64,000 nt of DNA from Auanema rhodensis (taxonomy: Eukaryota; Animalia; Nematoda). Within the stretch, counting starts at the first letter, position 1; each line of letters begins with the position of its first letter. Below are positions 38,601-52,436 of the stretch, piece by piece. Below the pieces are notes generated by a model. That model had not been told where the DNA came from. It searched no databases and saw only the letters and a program-made list of their open reading frames with translations. The translations under genes were made by a program, and so were the position numbers. The stretch is from positions 17,422,001-17,486,000 of the forward strand of contig OZ059895.1 of NCBI GenBank assembly GCA_964057225.1. The letters are read 5' to 3'.

Positions 38601-41600
38601 TGTAAACGCATTGTTGAAAGTGACTAAGAGATTATAATCGAGAAATGAGAATAACTTTTTAAGCCTCATTGGCTCAGGGGCAGAGCGTCTGTCTAGTAAA
38701 CAGAAGGTCGCTGGTTCGATTCCAGCATGAGGCATCGTTTTAGACTTTTTCAAAATATTTTGAAGATTAATTCGTGCTTCTTGAAGCTTTTACTTCAGGT
38801 TACATCTTCTCTTATTCATTCGAATGAAATATTTTACTTCAATACGGAGCAGTATTGTTAAAAGTGACAAAGTGATTATTATCGACAAATGAAAACAACT
38901 TATCAAGCCTCATTGGCTCAGGGGCAGAGCGTCTGTCTAGTCGATTCCAGCATGAGGCATTGTTTTAGACTTTCTCAAACTATTTTGAGGATTAAATCGT
39001 GCTTCTCGAAGCTTTTACTTCAGGTTACATCTTCTCTTATTCATTCAAATGAATTGTTTCAATTGAATATGTAAACGCATTGTTGAAAGTGACTAAGAGA
39101 TTATAATCGAGAAATGAAAATAACTTTTTAAGCCTCATTGGCTCAGGGGCAGAGCGTCTGTCTAGTAAACAGAAGGTCGCTGGTTCGATTCCAGCATGAG
39201 GCATCGTTTTAGACTTTTTCAAACTATTTTGAGGATTAATTCGTGCTTCTCGAAGCTTTTACTTCAGGTTACATCTTCTCTTATTCATTCAAATGAATTG
39301 TTTCAATTGAATATGTAAACGCATTGTTGAAAGTGACTAAGAGATTATAATCGAGAAATGAGAATAACTTTTTAAGCCTCATTGGCTCAGGGGCAGAGCG
39401 TCTGTCTAGTAAACAGTAGGTCGCTGGTTTGATTCCAGCATGAGGCATCGTTTTAGACTTTTTCAAAATATTTTGAAGATTAATTCGTGCTTCTTGAAGC
39501 TTTTACTTCAGGTTACATCTTCTCTTATTCATTCGAATGAAATATTTTACTTCAATACGGAGCAGTATTGTTAAAAGTGACAAAGTGATTATTATCGACA
39601 AATGAAAACAACTTATCAAGCCTCATTGGCTCAGGGGCAGAGCGTCTGTCTAGTCGATTCCAGCATGAGGCATTGTTTTAGACTTTCTCAAACTATTTTG
39701 AGGATTAAATCGTGCTTCTCGAAGCTTTTACTTCAGGTTACATCTTCTCTTATTCATTCAAATGAATTGTTTCAATTGAATATGTAAACGCATTGTTGAA
39801 AGTGACTAAGAGATTATAATCGAGAAATGAGAATAACTTTTTAAGCCTCATTGGCTCAGGGGCAGAGCGTCTGTCTAGTAAACAGAAGGTCGCTGGTTCG
39901 ATTCCAGCATGAGGCATCGTTTTAGACTTTTTCAAACTATTTAGAGGATTAATTCGTGCTTCTCGAAGCTTTTACTTCAGGTTACATCTTCTCTTATTCA
40001 TTCAAATGAAATGTTTCAATTGAATATGTAAACGCATTGTTGAAAGTGACTAAGAGATTATAATCGAGAAATGAGAATAACTTTTTAAGCCTCATTGGCT
40101 CAGGATCAGAGCGTCTGTCTAGTAAACAGAAGGTCGCTGGTTCGATTCCAGCATGAGGCATCGTTTTAGACTTTTTCAAAATATTTTGAAGATTAATTCG
40201 TGCTTCTTGAAGCTTTTACTTCAGGTTACATCTTCTCTTATTCATTCGAATGAAATATTTTACTTCAACACGGAGCAGTATTGTTAAAAGTGACAAAGTG
40301 ATTATTATCGACAAATGAAAACAACTTATCAAGCCTCATTGGCTCAGGGGCAGAGCGTCTGTCTAGTAAACAGAAGGTCGCTGGTTCGATTCCAGCATGA
40401 GGCATCGTTTTAGACTTTTTCAAACTATTTTGAGGATTAATTCGTGCTTCTTGAAGCTTTTACTTCAGGTTACATCTTCTCTTATTCATTCGAATGAAAT
40501 ATTTTACTTCAATACGGAGCAGTATTGTTAAAAGTGACAAAGTGATTATTATCGACAAATGAAAACAACTTATCAAGCCTCATTGGCTCAGGGGCAGAGC
40601 GTCTGTCTAGTAAACAGAAGGTCGCTGGTTCGATTCCAGCATGAGGCATCGTTTTAGACTTTTTCAAACTATTTTGAGGATTAATTCGTGCTTCTCGAAG
40701 CTTTTACTTCAGGTTACATCTTCTCTTATTCATTCAAATGAAATGTTTCAATTGAATATGTAAACGCATTGTTGAAAGTGACTAAGAGATTATAATCGAG
40801 AAATGAGAATAACTTTTTAAGCCTCATTGGCTCAGGGGCAGAGCGTCTGTCTAGTAAACAGAAGGTCGCTGGTTCGATTCCAGCATGAGGCATCGTTTTA
40901 GACTTTTTCAAAATATTTTGAAGATTAATTCGTGCTTCTTGAAGCTTTTACTTCAGGTTACATCTTCTCTTATTCATTCGAATGAAATATTTTACTTCAA
41001 TACGGAGCAGTATTGTTAAAAGTGACAAAGTGATTATTATCGACAAATGAAAACAACTTATCAAGCCTCATTGGCTCAGGGGCAGAGCGTCTGTCTAGTC
41101 GATTCCAGCATGAGGCATTGTTTTAGACTTTCTCAAACTATTTTGAGGATTAAATCGTGCTTCTCGAAGCTTTTACTTCAGGTTACATCTTCTCTTATTC
41201 ATTCAAATGAATTGTTTCAATTGAATATGTAAACGCATTGTTGAAAGTGACTAAGAGATTATAATCGAGAAATGAAAATAACTTTTTAAGCCTCATTGGC
41301 TCAGGGGCAGAGCGTCTGTCTAGTAAACAGAAGGTCGCTGGTTCGATTCCAGCATGAGGCATCTTTTTAGACTTTCTCAAACTATTTTTAGGATTCATTC
41401 GTGCTTCTCGAAGCTTTTACTTCAGGTTACATCTTCTCTTATTCATTCGAATGAAATATTTTACTTCAATACGGAGCAGTATTGTTAAAAGTGACAAAGT
41501 GATTATTATCGAGAAATGAAAACAACTTATCAAGCCTCATTGGCTCAGGGGCAGAGCGTCTGTCTAGTAAACAGAAGGTCGCTGGTTCGATTCCAGCATG

Positions 41601-44600
41601 AGGCATCGTTTTAGACTTTTTCAAACTATTTTGAGGATTAATTCGTGCTTCTTGAAGCTTTTACTTCAGGTTACATCTTCTCTTATTCATTCGAATGAAA
41701 TATTTTACTTCAATACGGAGCAGTATTGTTAAAAGTGACAAAGTGATTATTATCGACAAATGAAAACAACTTATCAAGCCTCATTGGCTCAGGGGCAGAG
41801 CGTCTGTCTAGTCGATTCCAGCATGAGGCATCGTTTTAGACTTTCTCAAACTATTTTGAGGATTAATTCGTGCTTCTCGAAGCTTTTACTTCAGGTTACA
41901 TCTTCTCTTATTCATTCAAATGAATTGTTTCAATTGAATATGTAAACGCATTGTTGAAAGTGACTAAGAGATTATAATCGAGAAATGAAAATAACTTTTT
42001 AAGCCTCATTGGCTCAGGGGCAGAGCGTCTGTCTAGTAAACAGAAGGTCGCTGGTTCGATTCCAGCATGAGGCATCTTTTTAGACTTTCTCAAACTATTT
42101 TTAGGATTCATTCGTGCTTCTCGAAGCTTTTACTTCAGGTTACATCTTCTCTTATTCATTCGAATGAAATATTTTACTTCAATACGGAGCAGTATTGTTA
42201 AAAGTGACAAAGTGATTATTATCGAGAAATGAAAACAACTTATCAAGCCTCATTGGCTCAGGGGCAGAGCGTCTGTCTAGTAAACAGAAGGTCGCTGGTT
42301 CGATTCCAGCATGAGGCATCGTTTTAGACTTTTTCAAACTATTTTGAGGATTAATTCGTGCTTCTTGAAGCTTTTACTTCAGGTTACATCTTCTCTTATT
42401 CATTCGAATGAAATATTTTACTTCAATACGGAGCAGTATTGTTAAAAGTGACAAAGTGATTATTATCGACAAATGAAAACAACTTATCAAGCCTCATTGG
42501 CTCAGGGGCAGAGCGTCTGTCTAGTAAACAGAAGGTCGCTGGTTCGATTCCAGCATGAGGCATGGTTTTAGACTTTTTCAAACTATTTTGAGGATTAATT
42601 CGTGCTTCTTGAAGCTTTTACTTCAGGTTACATCTTCTCTTATTCATTCGAATGAAATATTTTACTTCAATACGGGCAGTATTGTTAAAAGTGACAAAGT
42701 GATTATTATCGAGAAATGAAAACAACTTATCAAGCCTCATTGGCTCAGGGGCAGAGCGTCTGTCTAGTCGATTCCAGCATGAGGCATCGTTTTAGACTTT
42801 CTCAAACTATTTTGAGGATTAATTCGTGCTTCTCGAAGCTTTTACTTCAGGTTACATCTTCTCTTATTCATTCAAATGAATTGTTTCAATTGAATATGTA
42901 AACGCATTGTTGAAAGTGACTAAGAGATTATAATCGAGAAATGAGAATAACTTTTTAAGCCTCATTGGCTCAGGGGCAGAGCGTCTGTCTAGTAAACAGA
43001 AGGTCGCTGGTTCGATTCCAGCATGAGGCATCGTTTTAGACTTTTTCAAAATATTTTGAAGATTAATTCGTGCTTCTTGAAGCTTTTACTTCAGGTTACA
43101 TCTTCTCTTATTCATTCGAATGAAATATTTTACTTCAATACGGAGCAGTATTGTTAAAAGTGACAAAGTGATTATTATCGACAAATGAAAACAACTTATC
43201 AAGCCTCATTGGCTCAGGGGCAGAGCGTCTGTCTAGTAAACAGAAGGTCGCTGGTTCGATTCCAGCATGAGGCATCGTTTTAGACTTTTTCAAACTATTT
43301 TGAGGATTAATTCGTGCTTCTCGAAGCTTTTACTTCAGGTTACATCTTCTCTTATTCATTCAAATGAATTGTTTCAATTGAATATGTAAACGCATTGTTG
43401 AAAGTGACTAAGAGATTATAATCGAGAAATGAGAATAACTTTTTAAGCCTCATTGGCTCAGGGGCAGAGCGTCTGTCTAGTAAACAGTAGGTCGCTGGTT
43501 TGATTCCAGCATGAGGCATCGTTTTAGACTTTTTCAAAATATTTTGAAGATTAATTCGTGCTTCTTGAAGCTTTTACTTCAGGTTACATCTTCTCTTATT
43601 CATTCGAATGAAATATTTTACTTCAATACGGAGCAGTATTGTTAAAAGTGACAAAGTGATTATTATCGACAAATGAAAACAACTTATCAAGCCTCATTGG
43701 CTCAGGGGCAGAGCGTCTGTCTAGTCGATTCCAGCATGAGGCATTGTTTTAGACTTTCTCAAACTATTTTGAGGATTAAATCGTGCTTCTCGAAGCTTTT
43801 ACTTCAGGTTACATCTTCTCTTATTCATTCAAATGAATTGTTTCAATTGAATATGTAAACGCATTGTTGAAAGTGACTAAGAGATTATAATCGAGAAATG
43901 AGAATAACTTTTTAAGCCTCATTGGCTCAGGGGCAGAGCGTCTGTCTAGTAAACAGAAGGTCGCTGGTTCGATTCCAGCATGAGGCATCGTTTTAGACTT
44001 TTTCAAACTATTTTGAGGATTAATTCGTGCTTCTCGAAGCTTTTACTTCAGGTTACATCTTCTCTTATTCATTCAAATGAAATGTTTCAATTGAATATGT
44101 AAACGCATTGTTGAAAGTGACTAAGAGATTATAATCGAGAAATGAGAATAACTTTTTAAGCCTCATTGGCTCAGGATCAGAGCGTCTGTCTAGTAAACAG
44201 AAGGTCGCTGGTTCGATTCCAGCATGAGGCATCGTTTTAGACTTTTTCAAAATATTTTGAAGATTAATTCGTGCTTCTTGAAGCTTTTACTTCAGGTTAC
44301 ATCTTCTCTTATTCATTCGAATGAAATATTTTACTTCAACACGGAGCAGTATTGTTAAAAGTGACAAAGTGATTATTATCGACAAATGAAAACAACTTAT
44401 CAAGCCTCATTGGCTCAGGGGCAGAGCGTCTGTCTAGTAAACAGAAGGTCGCTGGTTCGATTCCAGCATGAGGCATCGTTTTAGACTTTTTCAAACTATT
44501 TTGAGGATTAATTCGTGCTTCTTGAAGCTTTTACTTCAGGTTACATCTTCTCTTATTCATTCGAATGAAATATTTTACTTCAATACGGAGCAGTATTGTT

Positions 44601-45656
44601 AAAAGTGACAAAGTGATTATTATCGACAAATGAAAACAACTTATCAAGCCTCATTGGCTCAGGGGCAGAGCGTCTGTCTAGTAAACAGAAGGTCGCTGGT
44701 TCGATTCCAGCATGAGGCATCGTTTTAGACTTTTTCAAACTATTTTGAGGATTAATTCGTGCTTCTCGAAGCTTTTACTTCAGGTTACATCTTCTCTTAT
44801 TCATTCAAATGAAATGTTTCAATTGAATATGTAAACGCATTGTTGAAAGTGACTAAGAGATTATAATCGAGAAATGAGAATAACTTTTTAAGCCTCATTG
44901 GCTCAGGGGCAGAGCGTCTGTCTAGTAAACAGAAGGTCGCTGGTTCGATTCCAGCATGAGGCATCGTTTTAGACTTTTTCAAAATATTTTGAAGATTAAT
45001 TCGTGCTTCTTGAAGCTTTTACTTCAGGTTACATCTTCTCTTATTCATTCGAATGAAATATTTTACTTCAATACGGAGCAGTATTGTTAAAAGTGACAAA
45101 GTGATTATTATCGACAAATGAAAACAACTTATCAAGCCTCATTGGCTCAGGGGCAGAGCGTCTGTCTAGTCGATTCCAGCATGAGGCATTGTTTTAGACT
45201 TTCTCAAACTATTTTGAGGATTAAATCGTGCTTCTCGAAGCTTTTACTTCAGGTTACATCTTCTCTTATTCATTCAAATGAATTGTTTCAATTGAATATG
45301 TAAACGCATTGTTGAAAGTGACTAAGAGATTATAATCGAGAAATGAAAATAACTTTTTAAGCCTCATTGGCTCAGGGGCAGAGCGTCTGTCTAGTAAACA
45401 GAAGGTCGCTGGTTCGATTCCAGCATGAGGCATCTTTTTAGACTTTCTCAAACTATTTTTAGGATTCATTCGTGCTTCTCGAAGCTTTTACTTCAGGTTA
45501 CATCTTCTCTTATTCATTCGAATGAAATATTTTACTTCAATACGGAGCAGTATTGTTAAAAGTGACAAAGTGATTATTATCGAGAAATGAAAACAACTTA
45601 TCAAGCCTCATTGGCTCAGGGGCAGAGCGTCTGTCTAGTAAACAGAAGGTCGCTGG
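11643..45656 (+). repeat. tRNA-Thr(AGT) tandem array, segment 2 (~142 units, ~35 with the 19-bp deletion) with higher-order repeats
   Basis: Continuous 244/225-bp units; periodicities of 469, 1426, 1445, 1670, 2383 and 3603 bp are visible in the ORF-track coordinates. Confidence 0.97.
45605..45656 (+). pseudogene. 5' part of tRNA-Thr interrupted by LTR element 2 (3' part at 53412-53436)
   Basis: ...AAGGTCGCTGG then the LTR; the gene resumes at GCTGGTTCGATTCC at 53412. Confidence 0.95.
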
Positions 45657-46072
45657 TATCGCGAATGCGATTATCCATCATTCAATCGATGCAATCTCAT
45701 CACGTTGGCTGATGAGATTCACGGGCACTCTGTTTTTATACCACCGTCGCGGACGGTCGCTTTTCTCTCTCCTCGTTGCTGTCTTTATCTTATGACTCAT
45801 CTAGTCTGAACCACCGTTTTATCCTTGTCCTTTAGTAAGACTATCTCTAGTCTCATTAGTGATGTATATCTAGTCTTATTACATTCACTCTAGTCTTCTA
45901 TGTATTTTATCTAGTCTTATTATATATCTTCTAGTCCTTATATTCTGTATTATGTATATCTGAATGGCATATGAATGAATCTTTCTTCCTCTAATAGTAT
46001 TTTACGTTAACAGGGCATAGAATAGAAAGTGTGAACCTGGGAGGCTATTTGAAGAGCCCTCTATCTTCAAAA
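45657..46072 (+). repeat. 5' LTR of element 2 (416 bp)
   Basis: Direct repeat of 52996-53411. Confidence 0.95.
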
Positions 46073-46084
46073 TGGTGCATCGGC
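46073..46084 (+). promoter_or_regulatory. Primer binding site, probably tRNA-Gly(GCC)
   Basis: TGGTGCATCGGC after the 5' LTR. Confidence 0.8.
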
Positions 46085-48862
46085 ATCACTTTCTACTCTA
46101 TGACCTTTCTATTGCGCTACTTTATCTTTTTTCTTTTTTTTCTTCAAGCCAGTCTGCTCGTTAATAGTGACTCGTTGGATGTCCTTTACAGTATAAGTTC
46201 AATGATCTAAATACTCTAAAGGAATCGTATGTCAGTACGACATAATTGGTTGTTAAATATTGTCTAGATATCAGTGATAATTAAACATTATTTAAAATTT
46301 TGGTTGATACCATATTTTTGTACCACATGATTACAGAAAGTAACATAGTGGGTTGTTCGCTATATAAACTCTATTGGATTACCCAATGGCTACTTCCTTT
46401 AACTTGCCGGCAGTGACTCAGCTGGGATTGATCACCCCTTATTATGTTTCACAGTATTTTCCTAGGAAGAATATGCGAGAGTACGAGAAAAATGCAGACA
46501 AAGTACCAACAAACACATTTTATGGCGATCTTATTTTTACTGACTGAGGACAGTGAGAAACAATGATATGAATTACGCATTAGCAAAGCTACCGTCTAAA
46601 AACGCTATTTATTCATTTATTCTTTGATTTTGAGACCTTTTTATATCTTTTATATTTTACGTAACTTTCAATAATCATTGCAAACAGTTTTGATAGACTT
46701 CGAGTGCAAAAGTTATTTTAACAATTGTGAATCAATTGAATAGGTGACTAAAAGGCATCTTAGACCAATGTCTCCTTGCTATATGAGTAATGCTGTCTGT
46801 TTCCTCATCTGTAAAGGAGTCAGTATCTTAGAGATCAACGATTATTTGTGAACATGTGTGGAAGGAGCCTATCAACAAGGAACGTCTGTTGACCTACTTG
46901 TTGATGTTTGTTTGGTACCCTTGCACTCTCGGTAGGTGTTGTTTATATAAAAATGCGAAAGAGTTCCGAGTTTTTACTATTTACGGCTTGTTTTATAGTT
47001 TTTAAATTTCTTTATTCATCCATTGTCTGTAAATCTATTGTTTCCAACCATATGAGTCATATGTAACGACCAACGGGTCAATGAGAAAGGTCAGAGTCCA
47101 AATCATGAAATTCATAAAATTTATATATTTTATCTTATATAAGATCATCACCCACGTTCTATAGGACAAAATACATTAACTATATTGTTAAAATCCTACG
47201 CAGATGAAAATTTCTGTGAAAAATCACAAAACATCATAATATCCCATCCTACATAGATGAGATAATGATAAGACACGAAAGAGCTACGAATTATCATCCT
47301 ACGCATGTTAAAGCATAAAATATAAATCTCAGCAAAGGTTAAGAGATATTTCCAACATTTTGCACCAAAAAGTCGATTTTAGCAAATATGTTGACAAGAT
47401 ACGCGAAAAAAGACAAAAGATGTTGCCATCTGTTCATTGACCTGGTGCGGCGCCATTAGCACCACGCAAACATCTCTCACACATTATCTAGGTCATCATC
47501 GAATGACATGGAATATCAAAACATTTTAAAATGTTATGAGAAGTTAACCCACTCGTTTTGTTTCAAACGCATTAAATAATCTCATTTAATAATCTTACAT
47601 ATACTTTTTGCAGATTAGCTCCTCCCTCTTAACATCCCACACGGCCTAGCTGCCAGACAGGTCATTCATTCCGCCGCTACAACCAGCCACAGCACCCGAC
47701 GCCATCTGCTAACCTATTCACCAGACAAGGACAATCGACATCAAGGATCCTCAAGGAGAATCAAGTTAGTTTTCATTTGTTCGCATTAACACTTTAACCG
47801 CTTATTGAATTTGAATTGATACTCTCTGGTATCAATTATACATTTACATTAAGTTGGTAAGTTATTTTATAATTTCAATTTGTTTTATTTTAATTTTATT
47901 ATTTCACATTTTATATTGTTTATATTTCATTCACATCTGTTATCTTATACAATTTCCTTTGTTCATCTGTCCAGAAATAAATCTTTTGTCTCAAATCACT
48001 CATCCTTTTCATACACATACTTTCTGATCAATCAAACAATAATATTTTGAATATTTTTTGGATATCCTTATTATATTTCAACCAATTAATATTAATATTG
48101 ATATTATATTTTTTGATAAAAAACAACAGCATATTTAGTATCAAATTACTCAGAAAACTTTACTGAATTCATCCAAGCTAGTTTGCTCACATTTTTTGAT
48201 CGATTTTGGGAAACTCAATTTTTTCTCTCTATTTCCTACAGTAATCTCTCAACTTGAATTGTTCTCTCATCTAGTGAATCATCCAATTTTTCTTTTTTAA
48301 CCAGAGAAAGATACTTATTGAATTATCTTTGCCTGAACAATCTCCATTTTAAAAAAAAAAAAAAAAAAAATTAAAAATATACTAACTTAGCTAACAAAAA
48401 AAAAAAAAAAATATATTCAAAAGATAAAACATACATTTTTTTACAAAAGATTCCACACAAGTAATTTAACGAAACAGTAACAACTACACGAAAAAACTAA
48501 CAGTATAACTCTCCAAAGAAAAAACTGTTAACAAATATTCAACTAAATATTCATTGTACCTTCTAATAGTGAACTATTTGCTTATCTTATTTGCTTATAT
48601 TACTTGTTTATTTATATTCCTATTTATATTATATATTGTTATTCCTTCTATCGACAGCTATTATATTCGGACTTTAATTCAATTGATTTTAATAATCAAT
48701 CCACAAATTAGCTAGATTAAACACAAAATTAACTTGAACAATAATATTTCTCTTCAAACAAAATGATTATGAGTCCCTCTTCTCCATCGGAAACTCGTAA
48801 CTCGTAACCTGACTGCCTTAGCAAGACAGTTAAGTTGTTTAAAAAGAAATATAACTCACGCG

Positions 48863-51800
48863 TTGAAGTTGTTCAACACGGTGAAGGAGGACATCCTCCC
48901 GTACCATCAAGCATTCATCTTCCCCCCGGTTGATGACATTGACAGATGTCGAGAGTTCATACATACGCACAAGCCTAGCTTGATGCGTATATATTATAAA
49001 GCCATCCCGGTTGGGGACGTCTTCCGATCACTACGAGATCAGTTAGACGAACATCGAGTGGTGCTCGAGGAACGCACCCATGTGGACTACCCAGCAACTT
49101 GGTTGGAATTATACCAAGGTAGCTATAAAAGGATGTTGGCCAAACACCCTCAAGCCCATAAGACCATGAAAGCTCATGAAATCGACCAACTTGTCACCAA
49201 AGACATTGGCGAAGAACATCCGCCCACAGTTGCAAAACTGATCAAGGGCATTTTGGACTATTGTGATGAGAGAGATCTCATTGTGAACACAGGCGAAGTT
49301 GAGGAATATACTCAACTTATCCAACTTCGCCGAGATGAACTCGATGACTATCAGAGTTCATTTGACTCTACAGTACATGACTCAACAACATTGCAAAATG
49401 ACATGAACAGAATGAAATACTCCAGAAAAAATTTAGAGATGAGTTTCTTTTCTGGAATACAAAAACATTTAAACAACATTCAGAAAACACTTGACAAAAT
49501 TTGGCAACGATGGCATAATGAATATGTCGTCGCCCTTCGAGCAACACACATGTTGGATCACAAGCAAGGACATTTCTCCACAGCTACACCAAAAGTAGGC
49601 ACAGTAGTGCTAATGTCAGATGACAATACGAAACGAAACCAGTGGAAAATGGGTTTAATAACAAGCATACAGAACACGGAATCTGTGAGAGTTGCAGAAG
49701 TCCGTACATCTGATGGACACAAACTAATTAGACCCATCAATCGCCTGATTCCCCTTGAAATTCCTTCCGACAACGAGCATCATACGGAAAACAGTCATAC
49801 GCAGTCCCCACACAAATCAGACAAAACTGTCACGTTTAAAGAAACTCCAGAGGTCATTTTACTCGATAACGAAGTATCCACCGTTGTGGAAACCAGCACA
49901 TCGACCGGACCCAATACAACTGAAAACGTGATAGACCCAAACGTTATCACTATCAACGATGATGATGACATCGAAGTGATCACCATTGCAGATGATGAAG
50001 GTGAAAATGAACCACAACCTCGAAAACGACAACGTCTCCCCAGTTACACACATTTTTTCATAGCCATGATACTGGGTATTCTCGTCAATACAATGTCCGC
50101 AACCAACATCTGCCAGTTCTCTTGCATCAAAGGAGGAGTAGGCATATCAAACTGCGGTACTGGACATCCCATCCGAGTTTGTGCCCGAGAAACATGTGTA
50201 GAGTACAACCCAAATACTCCCAACTTCACCATAGTATTTCCGGCTCATGTTGTATTGCATGACCACACATTCATCTCACGACATATTATCGATAAAAATG
50301 ACACATTTGCATTGCATCAACTGGATTGTCCAGCAACTCCGTTTTGCGACATGATTCAATGTCTGTTCTGTCTTGAACTACTCCACAACCCATCTTGTTT
50401 CCCATACGCAGCACTCTCGGCGACCGCACTCATCATATGGCTCATTCTATTTAGCATTCTTTTAAGCATCATAGTCATCCGAATTTGTTCTAAAAAATTT
50501 GTTCATATTGCACAATACACCCTTTTTTCCGTTTGGCGTATGATCACTCAATGTCTCCCATCTCATATAAGATCTCATATCTCTATTCAGGAAGAACGAT
50601 CGGTACTCGAGTACGTCCCGCTCAGTTCTCACAAGCTACCTCGATGGCAGAAGTCTACACCCTCACAACGATCACGACAACGTGACCGATTAGTTCACCG
50701 AGTCGGGTATCTTTTGGTTGCAATAATCGTCATTTTTTTGATTGAATCTCTTGTAGTTAATGCATGTACTATTGTTCCTCCGAGTATATCACATGTTCCA
50801 GGCAACTCCGTCTCGAACTTATCACCTACCCACCAAGTCAACCAAGTCAGCAGCTCCACCACCCTCCATACTTACGATAATGAGGTATGTTTCACAACTT
50901 CACATTCAAACCGATCATACGCCAATCCCCTCACGAACTCACACCTGCGCATCAAACTTATGTATACACGTATACTGTGCACGAAAGTATCCTTATTTTT
51001 TACACGTCACACCATCGTAAAAACTGAATCCGCAAAACGGTGTCCCCATATGGGCTCTTGTGTAGGATCGTTTTGTGCGAACGTTCGACCCAATACATCA
51101 ATCTCAGAACTCTCATTAGCCAACCAATATCCAGGTACCAGCTATTGTTCAGAAAGCTGTGGATTTCTATCATGCGGTTGTGCGTTGCCAACTTCTGGTT
51201 GTCTCTTCTATCGCAACTTTCATGTTCCCAATGACAATATCACCCACGAAGTTTTCTACTGCTCACGATGGACACCTAGGGTTTTTCTCCAGATTAGCAT
51301 CCATACAGCTATTGAGAACAAAACTGAAACGATCTCGCACGTCCCCTTTTTACCACACTCTACAAAAATCATTAACGGGTACCATATTACTCTTGGGAGA
51401 ATAACATATTCTGATAATGAAATCCTCCATAGACGATTCATTACTTCCAACTCGAGAATTGCAGTTTTACCTCACTCTGCTACATTTTCATACTCGTGCG
51501 GAAAAGTTAAAACCGCTGACCCATTCTCCGAATGTACTGTAACAGACACATGTTCATGCAGACCAGCCGAAACAGTCGAAAATTGCTATTGTCAGGACAG
51601 CAATCCTAACATGCTCTATACTAATAACTACACCCTACCATTATCTCTTCCATCTCTGACCATGATCCCAAAAAACAATCTCATTTTTGCTCATCCCATA
51701 AGCGCTGTTGACATTAAAATGTGGACAAATATCTCAGATGTCACTTATGAATACGACAATAGTCCTACTATTTGCGAACTAAAATCCAAAGACCTAGTTG

Positions 51801-52405
51801 GATGTTTTGACTGTGTTACTGGAGCAACAACAATCATTACTTGCATCAGTACATCATCCCACATTCGAATTTCGTGCGACGATGAAGAATTTCTGCTTAC
51901 ATGCAATTCTCAGGGTTACAACAACTCTATTCCCATACAGAGCAATTTTTCAACACCGTCTATAACGTGTACTCATCCGTGTACTTCCGCCACATTACAT
52001 CTCAAAGGCAACTTGTACTACGTGAACGAATACATAGGTTTTGAACAGTCCACTCATCAGATTACAAACAGTTCATTCAGTCTCCTGAACGTCGAGTTTA
52101 CCATACCGAGCTTTTTTGTACCCACTCACTTAATCAGCTCACTTGTTTCGTTTTACTCGGACTACCTTAAAACGATTGTAATACTATTGAGTGTTTTGAT
52201 CACAGTACTCGGCTTTGTAACCGCCGTAATTGACCGCGTCTTCCAGTTGTCAAGTACACCCGCTCTCCTAGCATATTTACCCATACAAATACTTATTATC
52301 TGCGCAATTCCTTTTCGCATCATTTTTTTCACAATTCATTTGTTGTTCAAGATTGTAGTTCGAGCCAGTCATAGCGCAGTGGCTAAGGGTACGCACTCTC
52401 AGTGA
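48863..52405 (+). CDS. Internally deleted BEL/Pao polyprotein with phlebovirus-like Gn/Gc (copy 2)
   Basis: Translation identical to 7095-10637; the same 7-bp duplication lies upstream (48792-48805). Confidence 0.88.
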   Translation: MKLFNTVKEDILPYHQAFIFPPVDDIDRCREFIHTHKPSLMRIYYKAIPVGDVFRSLRDQLDEHRVVLEERTHVDYPATWLELYQGSYKRMLAKHPQAHKTMKAHEIDQLVTKDIGEEHPPTVAKLIKGILDYCDERDLIVNTGEVEEYTQLIQLRRDELDDYQSSFDSTVHDSTTLQNDMNRMKYSRKNLEMSFFSGIQKHLNNIQKTLDKIWQRWHNEYVVALRATHMLDHKQGHFSTATPKVGTVVLMSDDNTKRNQWKMGLITSIQNTESVRVAEVRTSDGHKLIRPINRLIPLEIPSDNEHHTENSHTQSPHKSDKTVTFKETPEVILLDNEVSTVVETSTSTGPNTTENVIDPNVITINDDDDIEVITIADDEGENEPQPRKRQRLPSYTHFFIAMILGILVNTMSATNICQFSCIKGGVGISNCGTGHPIRVCARETCVEYNPNTPNFTIVFPAHVVLHDHTFISRHIIDKNDTFALHQLDCPATPFCDMIQCLFCLELLHNPSCFPYAALSATALIIWLILFSILLSIIVIRICSKKFVHIAQYTLFSVWRMITQCLPSHIRSHISIQEERSVLEYVPLSSHKLPRWQKSTPSQRSRQRDRLVHRVGYLLVAIIVIFLIESLVVNACTIVPPSISHVPGNSVSNLSPTHQVNQVSSSTTLHTYDNEVCFTTSHSNRSYANPLTNSHLRIKLMYTRILCTKVSLFFTRHTIVKTESAKRCPHMGSCVGSFCANVRPNTSISELSLANQYPGTSYCSESCGFLSCGCALPTSGCLFYRNFHVPNDNITHEVFYCSRWTPRVFLQISIHTAIENKTETISHVPFLPHSTKIINGYHITLGRITYSDNEILHRRFITSNSRIAVLPHSATFSYSCGKVKTADPFSECTVTDTCSCRPAETVENCYCQDSNPNMLYTNNYTLPLSLPSLTMIPKNNLIFAHPISAVDIKMWTNISDVTYEYDNSPTICELKSKDLVGCFDCVTGATTIITCISTSSHIRISCDDEEFLLTCNSQGYNNSIPIQSNFSTPSITCTHPCTSATLHLKGNLYYVNEYIGFEQSTHQITNSSFSLLNVEFTIPSFFVPTHLISSLVSFYSDYLKTIVILLSVLITVLGFVTAVIDRVFQLSSTPALLAYLPIQILIICAIPFRIIFFTIHLLFKIVVRASHSAVAKGTHSQ

Positions 52406-52436
52406 TTGATGACGGGTTCAATACCCAGTGAGTCCT
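52365..52436 (+). ncRNA. Degenerate tRNA-like A/B-box module (copy 2)
   Basis: Same sequence as 10597-10668. Confidence 0.55.
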
